A stretch of 39,556 nt of DNA from Klebsiella phage vB_KpnP_NahiliMali. The notes beneath the pieces were generated by a model. It worked only from the letters and a program-made list of their open reading frames with translations. It had not been told where the DNA came from and made no database searches. The translations under genes were made by a program, and so were the position numbers. The stretch lies in sequence record MN013085.1; one strand, given 5' to 3'. Positions 1 to 7,912 of the stretch are shown here, piece by piece; within the stretch, counting starts at the first letter, position 1, and every line of letters starts with the position of its first letter.

Positions 1-130
1 GACCTATTGTGCCTCATTGAGTCACCGAAAGTCAATCCTTATGTTATCCTCATGGTGATGCCACTATATGTGGTGCCTTAGGAGACTATGAGACACTATA
101 TGTAGTCCTCTCTGCGTCCCTATCTGTTAG
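1..130 (+). repeat. Right-hand part of the collapsed terminal repeat. It ends near gtccctatctgttag and is followed by a CCTWATG short-repeat array (about 137 to 225).
   Basis: It is non-coding. Positions 100 to 132 (gtagtcctctctgcgtccctatctgttag) parallel the T7 terminal-repeat end (GTGTCTCTCTGTGTCCCTATCTGTTACAG). Downstream there are repeated cctaatgt/ccttatgt units like the T7 CCTAAAG arrays. Confidence 0.5.
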
Positions 131-271
131 TAGCTCCTAATGTCCTCTCCTTATGTTCCTCCTAATGTCATCACTACGAGCTGCTATCCTAATGTTACCA
201 GTGAGAGAAGACCTAATGTTAATGCTCTTATAGATGCCTCGTTGTTAGCTATCATCATCTCCTCACCTTAT

Positions 272-296
272 CCATGCGACTCACTATCAGGAGAGA
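272..296 (+). promoter_or_regulatory. Phage RNAP promoter (phiOL analogue): ccatgcgactcactatcaggagaga.
   Basis: It matches the 14-copy consensus tCCATGCGACTCACTATTGGGAG. The downstream agagagaca...ttaaagag sequence parallels the T7 phiOL region. Confidence 0.8.
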
Positions 297-372
297 CAGT
301 AAGAGAGACACTTAAAGAGGACTATAAGAGAGACTAAGAGAGAGAATAATCATAATTAGATTAAAATAACTA

Positions 373-402
373 TTGACCTTTGAGAGTCTTTAAGTCACTA
401 TA
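373..402 (+). promoter_or_regulatory. Candidate host sigma70 early promoter (A1-like).
   Basis: TTGACC at 373-378, about 17-20 bp from cactataag. The position is equivalent to the T7 A1 promoter downstream of phiOL. The -10 element is poor. Confidence 0.35.
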
Positions 403-470
403 AGCCACGTCGAGACAGACAGTGAGTCTCTGGAAGACAAAACCGCGAGTTATCTTCTACCTCACAACGG

Positions 471-500
471 GTCTGACAAGTAGTCATCAAGCGACATACG
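471..500 (+). promoter_or_regulatory. Candidate host sigma70 early promoter (A2-like).
   Basis: cTGACA, 17 bp spacer, then ATACGA. Match is weak. Placed by analogy with the T7 A2 promoter. Confidence 0.3.
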
Positions 501-507
501 AAAGTGC

Positions 508-545
508 TTGACTCGATACCAGAAGTAAGGCAATATGTACCACAT
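508..545 (+). promoter_or_regulatory. Candidate host sigma70 early promoter (A3-like).
   Basis: TTGACT, 17 bp spacer, CAATAT, followed by GTACCACAT. This closely parallels T7 A3 (TTGACA-N17-TACGAT-GTACCACATG). Confidence 0.55.
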
Positions 546-719
546 CAAGCAGCACGGTGGGAGAGAGTGTTAGCTTCTCAGAGGTAGAAGGTTTACTGAC
601 TGAGTGTTGTAACGGCCCACTAAGTAGCACACGCAGTACCGCTGAGTAATCAGCTTTGCTCTTTAACAATCTGGAAGCCCACAAGGTGTGTCACCACAAG
701 GTGAGCAACTGATTCTAAG

Positions 720-739
720 TGTCCTCTTTCGGGAGGACC
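720..739 (+). promoter_or_regulatory. Stem-loop upstream of gene 0.3 (R0.3-like RNase III or processing hairpin).
   Basis: gtcctc-tttcgg-gaggac is a perfect 6-bp stem with a 6-nt loop. It lies in the same position as T7 R0.3. Confidence 0.4.
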
Positions 740-789
740 TTATGTGAAACACTCTGATAGTCAGGGTGTAGCCTATAAGGTAAATCAAG

Positions 790-1254
790 ATGATTCACAC
801 TAAACAGCCAGCCAATCAGTTCTATGTGTTCCTCACTGCGTACCGCTCTTATGAGACCACTGAGGTGAACGAGATTCACACTCGCAGCATTACTCAGCAT
901 ATCCGCAAGTATCCGGGTGCTTTGGGTATCGTTGAGAACACTGACGTGCAAGGCTGCTACAAAGAGGCAGGCGCTGAGTCTGCTTCCATCGAGCGCACCT
1001 TAAAGGTCCGTGCACGTAATCACTATGAGATGAGCAATCTGGTGTATCTGGCCTGCAAGAACTATGACCAAGATGCTGTGCTGGTGGTAAACTCACAGAC
1101 TCATACAGCCGCTTTAGGCACCATTGAGATGGTTGGTGAGTACCCTATGCAATACCCACAGTTGAAACTGGAAGTCATCGGCACGTTCACTAAGCAGGAC
1201 ACCGGCAGCGAACACTATTCAATCATCAATGGCGAACGCTGGGAGGTCGCTTAA
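790..1254 (+). CDS. 0.3: S-adenosylmethionine hydrolase/lyase (T3 gene 0.3 type anti-restriction protein).
   Basis: 154 aa, first early gene. The N-terminus MIhTKqPAnqFYVf and the SQTHTA motif resemble T3 SAMase (MIFTKEPAHVFYV...SQTHTAG). There is an AAGG ribosome-binding site. Confidence 0.75.
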   Translation: MIHTKQPANQFYVFLTAYRSYETTEVNEIHTRSITQHIRKYPGALGIVENTDVQGCYKEAGAESASIERTLKVRARNHYEMSNLVYLACKNYDQDAVLVVNSQTHTAALGTIEMVGEYPMQYPQLKLEVIGTFTKQDTGSEHYSIINGERWEVA

Positions 1255-1255
1255 G

Positions 1256-1393
1256 ATGGTAACTTACGGCATCACCCAAAGAGACCTGAAGATGGTGCGC
1301 ACTGGCATAGTCCTCGGGTACACTCACAATCAGGCAATGGCGGTCCTCAAGAATCTCTATGAGAGCCGCAAGCGTAAGCACGCAGCAAGTTGA
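1256..1393 (+). CDS. Small hypothetical early protein (45 aa).
   Basis: Its ATG lies 1 nt after the 0.3 stop (TAAgATG), and the frame is open to TGA at 1391-1393. It is too short for the ORF track. Confidence 0.3.
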   Translation: MVTYGITQRDLKMVRTGIVLGYTHNQAMAVLKNLYESRKRKHAAS

Positions 1394-1399
1394 TAGTCT

Positions 1400-1423
1400 A
1401 TAGGTGGCCTTCGGGTCGCCTAT
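1400..1423 (+). promoter_or_regulatory. RNase III-type hairpin with a UUCG tetraloop (R0.5-like).
   Basis: ataggtggcc-ttcg-ggtcgcctat forms a 10-bp stem with two G-U wobble pairs and a UUCG loop. It has the same architecture as the hairpin at 14353-14374. Confidence 0.45.
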
Positions 1424-1458
1424 GTAATGTTAACTAACGCGCACATGGAATCACTATC

Positions 1459-1581
1459 ATGAAACACATCGGATTATTCTTTCTGGCCCTGCTGGGCATC
1501 GGGTACTCATGGAAACAGGTGGTCGCTTATCGGCTGGCTGTGGTTATCCCTTCTGTTATCGTATGGATGGTAATGCAATGA
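1459..1581 (+). CDS. Small hydrophobic membrane protein (40 aa).
   Basis: MKHIGLFFLALLGIGYSWKQVVAYRLAVVIPSVIVWMVMQ. Its stop overlaps the next start (ATGA). Confidence 0.3.
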   Translation: MKHIGLFFLALLGIGYSWKQVVAYRLAVVIPSVIVWMVMQ

Positions 1582-1778
1582 TGTTTATCGCCTTCGTCGT
1601 CTTCATGTATCTGCTGATTGTCCTGTATTTCCTGAAGGATTTCCGCAAGGGCCTGAAGGTGCACAAGGCAAACTTTTCGTACCTGAAGTATGGCTTCTTA
1701 CCGCGCTACACTGTCCGCTTACCGAACGGTCGCTTTAAGGCTAACAAGGTAGGCATCTTTTACATCGCCACTCACTAA
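1578..1778 (+). CDS. Small membrane protein (66 aa, MMFIAFVVFMYLLIVLYFL...).
   Basis: ATGATG start inside the listed 1509..1778 ORF. It has a hydrophobic N-terminal helix and a basic C-terminus, and lies in the early region before the kinase. Confidence 0.35.
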   Translation: MMFIAFVVFMYLLIVLYFLKDFRKGLKVHKANFSYLKYGFLPRYTVRLPNGRFKANKVGIFYIATH

Positions 1779-1790
1779 GGAATCACTGCG

Positions 1791-2933
1791 ATGACCAACA
1801 ATGAACTGACCATCAATAACCGCTCTTTCAACATCCTGCGTCAAGTGCGTGAGCTGCCTATCGCACAGTTAGAACTCCGTGAGCCTATGCTCGTAGCTGC
1901 TCTGGCTGATATCGTTAAGCACTACGTGGAAACCTACAAGTTAGGCACCAGCTACATCGGTAACAATGACTGGATGGAAGACCTGAAAGAGACTGCACGC
2001 CATGCGGGCTTTGAGTTCCTCGGTAGTGGTTACTTCAGCGCAGCATTTAGCAACGATGCCCTGCCGGGTCGTGTGGTTAAGGTTGGCTTCAAGAAGGAAG
2101 ACTCAGGTGCAGCCTATGCGGCCTTCTGCAAGGCTCATCAAGGTCTCAAAGGGATTCCTAACGTCTACGCAGTACAGCGCCACTCGCATTGCTACACGGT
2201 CGTGCTGGACCATCTCAAAGAGTTCACTTCACGGGGACAGACAGAGGCACAGCGTGAACAATACGAAACTATCTGTGAGCTGGTACAACATGATGGGAAC
2301 GACAATGAGGGCGAACACTCTGGCCCACTGGCTGAGACCTGCAACAAAATCCGCACGTTCTTTAAAGGCATCGCCTCGTTTGATATCCATCGTGGTAACG
2401 TGATGGTTGACAAGCACGGTGACTTAGTAATCACTGACCCGGTGAGTTACTCCAATGATGAGCTGCAAGCTACTGACTTTGAGGAACTCAAGGCAGAGCT
2501 TGAGGCGAACGCTGAGAACGCACGGATGGAAATGGCTATCAGTCGTGGTCGCCGTAAGCACATGCGGGACCTTGATGCGTTTCAGTGGAAACACCAGAAG
2601 GAACTCCGCAAGGAACGTAGAGCACGCAAGAAACGTGATGCGCAGCGTAAAGCGGCCCGCAAGGCACGTATTGATTCCGCGATTGATGTACTGATGGCTG
2701 ACCCGTTACTGACAGGTGAGTGCATCGAGTGGGGCGATGAGACTATTCCTTTTGGCGGCTGGCGTCACGTTCCGCCGATGGTCCGCAAGATGAAACCCAC
2801 GGAGAAGCCACAAGATGAGGCACCTGTGGCCCTGAAGCTGGATAGTGTCGAGGCGATAGCCTTTGAGTTACACGATATGCCTGCACTCAAGAAGCCAGCC
2901 GGGATGCTTGACTGTCCAATGTTTGTCCACTAA
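1791..2933 (+). CDS. 0.7: gp0.7 Ser/Thr protein kinase and host transcription shut-off protein.
   Basis: 380 aa. [10 protein letters not shown]...[18 protein letters not shown]...[20 protein letters not shown] closely matches T7 gp0.7 ([46 protein letters not shown]). The C-terminal half is basic and Arg/Lys-rich. Confidence 0.92.
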   Translation: [380 protein letters not shown]

Positions 2934-3008
2934 GGTGTATCTTCGGTGTCGTCATCATCAACTGGTGGTGGCACCCATAGATAAACTTTATTCACAAAGA
3001 GGTACTTA

Positions 3009-5651
3009 ATGAACGTAATCAACGCACCAAAGAATGACTTTTCCGATATCTCCAACGCAATCATGCCGTTTAACGTGCTGGCTGACCTGTGGGGTGGTGA
3101 CTTAGCCGCCAAGCAGTTGCAGCTGGAGCACGAAGCGCACACGGAGGGCGAGAAGCGTTTCCTTAAGGCGATGGAACGTCAGATTCAGGCTGGTGAGTTC
3201 GCAGATAACGCTGCTGCTAAGCCGCTGCTGTCAACTCTGGTCCCTAAAGTCTCTGCACGTATGACTGAGTGGATGGATGAGAAGGGTTCCAAAGGTGGCC
3301 ATCGCCCGGTCGCATGGAAGAAACTGCAAGGTATCACTATGGATTCCGTGGCAGTGATTGCGCTGAAGGTTATCCTTGTGTGCCTGACCAAAGAGGAGCA
3401 CACCAACGTCACAAACGTAGCGTTCAAGATTGGTCGCTCGATTGAGGATGAGATGCGCTTCGGTCGTATCCGCGATGAGGAGGCAAAGCACTTTAAGAAG
3501 CACGTTAAAGAGCAGCTGAATAAGCGTGTGGGCATGGTCTACAAGAAGGCGTTCATGCAGGCCGTTGAGAGCAAACTGGTTGAGACCAAAGTGCTTAAGA
3601 CTGAGTGGACTGCGTGGCAGAATGAGGAGACTGTGCACGTTGGTATCCGTCTGATTGAGGCAGTAATCGAGGCGACTGGTCTGGTCGTAATGACACGGCC
3701 TTACGCTGGTGATGCGAAGCGTGACGGTGAGTACATCGAGTTGGCTGAGGAGTACGTGAACATCCTGAGCAAACGCGCTGGTGCACTGGCAGGAATCGCC
3801 CCGATGTATCAGCCGTGTGTCGTCCCGCCTAAGCCGTGGACAAGCCCTACAAGTGGTGGCTATTGGGCTGCGGGTCGCAAGCCTCTGACTCTGGTACGTG
3901 CACCATCAAAGCGTGCTCTGGAGCGTTACAACGATGTGTACATGCCTGAAGTTTACGAAGCGGTTAACACCATTCAGAACACAGCATGGAAAATCAACAA
4001 GAAGGTACTGGCGGTTGTCAATGAGATTATCAACTGGAAGAACTGTCCGGTGTCTGATGTACCGATGATGGATGCGCAGCGCCCTGAGAAACCAGATGAG
4101 TTCACAGTGAACGATGAGGTTCTCTTTAAGGCATGGAAGAAAGAAGCCGCTGCAATCTACCGCAAGGAGAAAGCACGAGTCTCTAAGCGCCTTAGCATGG
4201 AGTTCATCGTAGGTCAAGCCAATAAGTTCAACCAGTTCAAACGCATCTGGTTCCCGTACAACATGGATTGGCGCGGACGTGTCTATGCGGTCTCGATGTT
4301 CAACCCACAGGGCAACGATATGACCAAAGGCCTGCTGACTCTGGCAGACGGTAAGCCAATCGGTCAGGAGGGTTTCTACTGGCTGAAGATTCACGGTGCG
4401 AACTGTGCGGGTGTCGATAAAGTCCCGTTCCCGGAGCGCATCAAGTGGGTTGAGGACAACGTAGAGCACATTCTGGCGAGCGCAAAGGACCCTCTCGGTT
4501 ACACATGGTGGGCCGAACAGGATTCACCTTTCTGTTTCCTCGCATTCTGCTTTGAGTACGCTGGCGTGGCACATCATGGCCTGTCGTACAACTGCTCGTT
4601 ACCTCTGGCGTTCGACGGTTCATGCTCAGGGATTCAGCACTTCAGTGCAATGCTCCGTGATGAAATCGGTGGTTCTGCGGTTAACCTGCTGCCTTCCAAA
4701 GAGGTTCAGGATATCTACCGCATCGTTGCTGATAAGGTCGTCGAGGTTCTCAAAGTTGACGCTGTGCAAGGCACTGCCGATACCGTCGAGCTGGTCGAGA
4801 AAGACAGCGAGATGATTGAGAAGTACATCACCGGGACCGCCAAGCTGGCTAAGCAGTGGCTGGAGTTCGGGGTGAACCGTGGGGTGACTAAGCGTTCAGT
4901 GATGACTCTGGCGTATGGCTCGAAAGAGTACGGCTTCAGGGACCAGATTCTGGAAGACACAATCAACCCGGCTATTGACAACGGCAAGGGCAACATGTTC
5001 ACACAGCCGCACCAAGCTGCTGGATACATGGCTAAGCTAATCTGGAATGCGGTGAGCGAGACAGTGGTCGCAGCGGTCGAGGCGATGAACTGGCTGCAAC
5101 AATCTGCAAGCCTGCTGGCTGCTGAAGTCAAAGACAAGAAGACCAAAGAGGTTCTGCGCAAGGCCTGTGCGGTTCATTGGGTGACACCTGATGGTTTCCC
5201 GGTGTGGCAGGAGTATCGCAAGCCGGTCCAGAAGCGTCTTAATCTGATGTTCATGGGTGAGTTTCGTCTGCAACCTACAGTGAACACAACGAAGGACAGC
5301 GGGATTGATGCACACAAGCAGAAGTCTGGCATCGCTCCTAACTTTGTTCACTCACAGGACGGTTCGCACCTCCGTATGACCATCGTGCACGCTCACAGGG
5401 CGTATGGTATTGAGTCTTTCGCAGTGATTCACGACTCGTTCGGTACTATCCCGGCTGATGCAGGCTCGCTCTTTAAGGCGGTCCGTGAGTCGATGGTGAA
5501 CACCTACGAGAACAACGATGTGCTGGCTGACTTCTATGAGCAGTTCGCTGACCAGCTGCATGAGTCACAACTGGAGAAGATGCCAGCTCTGCCAAGCAAG
5601 GGAACTCTGGATATCCGGTCGATTCTGGAATCTGATTTCGCCTTCGCATAA
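3009..5651 (+). CDS. 1: Single-subunit DNA-dependent RNA polymerase (T7 gene 1 type).
   Basis: 880 aa, collinear with T7 RNAP. Conserved palm motifs (DGSCSGIQHFSAMLRDE, PNFVHSQDGSHLR, HDSFGT) and the specificity-loop residues equivalent to N748, R756 and Q758 are present (RLNLMFMGEFRLQ). It ends ...ESDFAFA as in T7. Confidence 0.98.
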   Translation: MNVINAPKNDFSDISNAIMPFNVLADLWGGDLAAKQLQLEHEAHTEGEKRFLKAMERQIQAGEFADNAAAKPLLSTLVPKVSARMTEWMDEKGSKGGHRPVAWKKLQGITMDSVAVIALKVILVCLTKEEHTNVTNVAFKIGRSIEDEMRFGRIRDEEAKHFKKHVKEQLNKRVGMVYKKAFMQAVESKLVETKVLKTEWTAWQNEETVHVGIRLIEAVIEATGLVVMTRPYAGDAKRDGEYIELAEEYVNILSKRAGALAGIAPMYQPCVVPPKPWTSPTSGGYWAAGRKPLTLVRAPSKRALERYNDVYMPEVYEAVNTIQNTAWKINKKVLAVVNEIINWKNCPVSDVPMMDAQRPEKPDEFTVNDEVLFKAWKKEAAAIYRKEKARVSKRLSMEFIVGQANKFNQFKRIWFPYNMDWRGRVYAVSMFNPQGNDMTKGLLTLADGKPIGQEGFYWLKIHGANCAGVDKVPFPERIKWVEDNVEHILASAKDPLGYTWWAEQDSPFCFLAFCFEYAGVAHHGLSYNCSLPLAFDGSCSGIQHFSAMLRDEIGGSAVNLLPSKEVQDIYRIVADKVVEVLKVDAVQGTADTVELVEKDSEMIEKYITGTAKLAKQWLEFGVNRGVTKRSVMTLAYGSKEYGFRDQILEDTINPAIDNGKGNMFTQPHQAAGYMAKLIWNAVSETVVAAVEAMNWLQQSASLLAAEVKDKKTKEVLRKACAVHWVTPDGFPVWQEYRKPVQKRLNLMFMGEFRLQPTVNTTKDSGIDAHKQKSGIAPNFVHSQDGSHLRMTIVHAHRAYGIESFAVIHDSFGTIPADAGSLFKAVRESMVNTYENNDVLADFYEQFADQLHESQLEKMPALPSKGTLDIRSILESDFAFA

Positions 5652-5675
5652 TCCATGCGACTCACTATCAGGGAC
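5651..5675 (+). promoter_or_regulatory. Phage RNAP promoter (phi1.1A-like) immediately after gene 1.
   Basis: atccatgcgactcactatcaggga, followed by a 5' hairpin agggac-N9-gtccct (5670-5690) in an R1.1-like position. Confidence 0.8.
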
Positions 5676-5722
5676 TCATCGTGGGTCCCTTAGTTCTCAA
5701 AACTGATTAAGGAGTGAACAAC

Positions 5723-5968
5723 ATGTTTAACTTTCTGAAGCGCAAGACACTTAAGGCCATTGAATTTACCGCTGAAAAGCCTGATGGTGAGCTGATTAAG
5801 ACCGAGTTTAAGCTGGGCATGGGACCCTGTGGCAAAGAAGTGGTCAAGCTGAGCGAGCACTGGTCTGATTTTAATTTCTGCGTGACTCAGGTTACCTCTG
5901 ATGGTGAAACCAAAGAGTTCTGGTATGCGAAACACGCGATGGTCGGACGCTTTATTCGCACCTTCTGA
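5723..5968 (+). CDS. Hypothetical protein (gene 1.05-like, 81 aa).
   Basis: AAGGAG ribosome-binding site, 8-nt spacer, ATG at 5723. The listed ORF 5714..5968 uses an upstream GTG. There is no recognisable domain. Confidence 0.5.
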   Translation: MFNFLKRKTLKAIEFTAEKPDGELIKTEFKLGMGPCGKEVVKLSEHWSDFNFCVTQVTSDGETKEFWYAKHAMVGRFIRTF

Positions 5969-5995
5969 TTCCATGCGACTCACTACTGGCAGAGA
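5969..5995 (+). promoter_or_regulatory. Phage RNAP promoter (phi1.1B/phi1.3-like variant, ...cactactggcagagaga), followed by an AT-rich stretch. Candidate primary origin region.
   Basis: ttccatgcgactcactactggcagagagaca. Downstream, 6000-6068 is AT-rich (ctaagtaaactttaagattcataactttctgattaatac), as at the T7 primary origin after phi1.1A/B. Confidence 0.6.
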
Positions 5996-6068
5996 GACAA
6001 CCTTAAGAGACTCTCTAAGTAAACTTTAAGATTCATAACTTTCTGATTAATACAAGGATAAATACTTT

Positions 6069-6245
6069 ATGTTCACCTCTAAGAGCAACTTTGAGAAAAT
6101 CGCTAAGACCCGTGGCAACTACCTGACTATGGGCCAATCTGATGCTTCGCATGAACGTGATGAGCACATTAAGAACGCCAAGAAACGCCGCAAGGCTGAC
6201 CGGGCAGCGGTTCGTAACGGTAAACGTAATGGCTGGGAGGATTAA
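6069..6245 (+). CDS. 1.1: Small basic protein (gene 1.1-like, 58 aa).
   Basis: MFTSKSNFEKIAKTRGNY...KKRRKADRAAVRNGKRNGWED. It is Lys/Arg-rich like T7 gp1.1 and in the same position. Its stop overlaps the gene 1.2 start. Confidence 0.5.
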   Translation: MFTSKSNFEKIAKTRGNYLTMGQSDASHERDEHIKNAKKRRKADRAAVRNGKRNGWED

Positions 6246-6247
6246 TC

Positions 6248-6514
6248 ATGGGTCGCATCTCACACAGTAACATCATGGCCAACCGTAAGGCATACGAAAG
6301 GGTCCGTAACCACGGGTTCTCAATTGAGGCGCACAGCTGGTCAAGTGACATACTGAACTGCAAAGTGGAGGCACTGAGCGTCTTCAGTGAGTATGACGTA
6401 ACGCTCACATCAGGCCGCTTCACTCACTACGATGCAGAGGTGCGCCTCAATGACCAGACCGCATGGCTCAATAAGCTGGCCGATGAGTTGGACTACTGGC
6501 AATCCAAGAGTTAA
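6248..6514 (+). CDS. 1.2: gp1.2-like protein (host dGTPase inhibitor in T7).
   Basis: 88 aa, starts MGR like T7 gp1.2 (85 aa), and lies in the same position before the ligase. The rest of the sequence similarity is modest. Confidence 0.5.
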   Translation: MGRISHSNIMANRKAYERVRNHGFSIEAHSWSSDILNCKVEALSVFSEYDVTLTSGRFTHYDAEVRLNDQTAWLNKLADELDYWQSKS

Positions 6515-6518
6515 ACTA

Positions 6519-6545
6519 AAGGTCGCTCCTGATGGGAGTGGCCTT
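6519..6545 (+). promoter_or_regulatory. RNase III-type hairpin (R1.3-like) between genes 1.2 and 1.3.
   Basis: aaggtcgctcc-tgatg-ggagtggcctt forms an 11-bp stem with two G-U pairs. It is in the same location as T7 R1.3. Confidence 0.45.
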
Positions 6546-6586
6546 AGTGATTAACTTTTAACCCTAAACCAAAGGAGTAACACCAC

Positions 6587-7654
6587 ATGATTAACTTTAA
6601 GACCAAGCCACACCGCGCAGTGAGCTACGTTGAGTCATCAATCCTGAAGGCTGCTGAGGCTGCTGGTTCTCTTATCGCTGAAATCAAGTACGATGGCTTT
6701 CGCGGTAACCTCGTGATTGACAATAGGAACGAGGATTATTGGACGGAGTTCTGCACCCGTGAGGGTACTGAGGTCCCGGCACTGGCCTACCTCGCTGGTG
6801 AACATAGCGACCGCTGGGGTAAACTCATCCGCGATGATGAGAACCCATTTAAGCAGGGCGTGATGGTCGATGGTGAGCTTATGGTCAAGGGTGTCAACTT
6901 CCAGACTGGCTCTGGTATCCTGCGCACTAAGTGGCTCAAGATGGACAACGCTAAGTTCCACGTAGGTGACTACGAGCGCAACGAGAAGAATTGCAGACCG
7001 AAGCCTAAGCAACCTTTCTGTCTCAACCCGGCTAAACTGACCGTAATCGTCTATGACCTTATCCCACTTGATGTGGTTAAATCTGGCAGCGACTACGAGA
7101 TTCCTACAGTCATCCGTGTGGAACACGCTAAGCTGTTCGTCAAGCTGCTCCGTAAGCACTTCCCTGAGATTGACTGGCAGTCGCCTGAGAGCTGGGACGT
7201 GTACGACATTGAGTCACTTCAGGCGCTCTATGAGGAGCAACGCGCAAAGGGCCACGAGGGTCTGATTGTCAAAGACCCGTTCGCACCTTATCGCCGTGGT
7301 AAGAAAACCGGAATGTGGAAAATGAAGCCTGAGAATGAGATTGATGGTGAGATTGTCGGTCTCGTGTGGGGAACTGAGGGCAAGGCCAACGAGGGCAAGG
7401 TGATTGGCTTCGAGGTGCTGCTGGAGAATGGCGTTGTGGTCAATGCCTGCGGTATCACCAAGGCTCAGATGGGTGAGTTCACTGAGAAGTATCTCCACGA
7501 TAACCAGATGCGCTCTGAGGGTGAAGCAGTTAACCCTTACAGTGGCTGGCAGTGTCAAGTAGTGTTCATGGAGGAGACACCTGATGGCTCTCTCCGTCAC
7601 CCTTCGTTCCACTCTTTCCGTGGCACTGAGGATAACCCGACCTTGAAGGTCTAA
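6587..7654 (+). CDS. 1.3: ATP-dependent DNA ligase.
   Basis: 355 aa. AEIKYDGFRGN contains the KxDG adenylation motif. DGELMVKGVNFQTGSGILRTKW and EGLIVKDP...YRRGKKTGMWKMKPE are collinear with T7 ligase. It ends ...LRHPSFHSFRGTEDNP. Confidence 0.97.
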   Translation: MINFKTKPHRAVSYVESSILKAAEAAGSLIAEIKYDGFRGNLVIDNRNEDYWTEFCTREGTEVPALAYLAGEHSDRWGKLIRDDENPFKQGVMVDGELMVKGVNFQTGSGILRTKWLKMDNAKFHVGDYERNEKNCRPKPKQPFCLNPAKLTVIVYDLIPLDVVKSGSDYEIPTVIRVEHAKLFVKLLRKHFPEIDWQSPESWDVYDIESLQALYEEQRAKGHEGLIVKDPFAPYRRGKKTGMWKMKPENEIDGEIVGLVWGTEGKANEGKVIGFEVLLENGVVVNACGITKAQMGEFTEKYLHDNQMRSEGEAVNPYSGWQCQVVFMEETPDGSLRHPSFHSFRGTEDNPTLKV

Positions 7655-7661
7655 CCAAAAT

Positions 7662-7693
7662 GGCTCACCTTAACGGGTGGGCCTTTGTCGTTT
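7662..7693 (+). terminator. Early (TE-like) rho-independent terminator after the ligase gene.
   Basis: ggctcacc-ttaacg-ggtgggcc is an 8-bp stem with one G-U pair, followed by tttgtcgttt. It is in the same position as T7 TE. Confidence 0.6.
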
Positions 7694-7708
7694 CTGGAGG
7701 TATTCATT

Positions 7709-7912
7709 ATGCTATCCAATCACGTAACCCTATGGGACCGCATCGTCGGTCTGTTGTTCTTTATCGCTTCCCTGCTGTTCCTCTCCTATGCTATGGATGA
7801 CCTGACCTACCGCGAAGGTTATGTGTTCATGCTGATTATCATAGCTACCATAGTGGGCTGGGCTGGAATATGGACGGCAACCCGACCTTTAACTAAGGAG
7901 GACCAGAATTGA
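7709..7912 (+). CDS. Small membrane protein (67 aa).
   Basis: GGAGG ribosome-binding site then ATG at 7709, with two predicted transmembrane helices (MLSNHVTLWDRIVGLLFFIASLLFLSY...MLIIIATIVGWAGIW). The listed ORF 7685..7912 starts further upstream. Confidence 0.45.
   Translation: MLSNHVTLWDRIVGLLFFIASLLFLSYAMDDLTYREGYVFMLIIIATIVGWAGIWTATRPLTKEDQN

Noticed and set aside
140-337. 65-aa + strand ORF at the extreme left end.
   Set aside because: It lies inside the terminal-repeat and CCTWATG-repeat region and spans the phiOL-like promoter. It has no ribosome-binding site and a repetitive composition. T7-like phages have no gene here.
487-951. Minus-strand ORFs (487..684, 715..951) in the early promoter region.
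   Set aside because: All verified genes are on the + strand. These overlap the sigma70 promoter cluster and gene 0.3 in antisense and have no ribosome-binding site.
2002-2403. + strand out-of-frame ORFs inside gp0.7, gp16, gp17 and others (for example 2002..2403, 30671..31105, 34879..35109, 35503..35799).
   Set aside because: These are alternative-frame ORFs with Arg/Ser-rich low-complexity translations typical of an off-frame reading. Only the gene 4 overlap is retained, because T7 has precedent there.
3906-4469. 187-aa minus-strand ORF inside the RNAP gene, and similar antisense ORFs inside genes 4, 5, 12, 15 and 16.
   Set aside because: They are entirely nested antisense to conserved essential genes and have no start signals. 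Single-strand transcription in T7-like phages makes them implausible.
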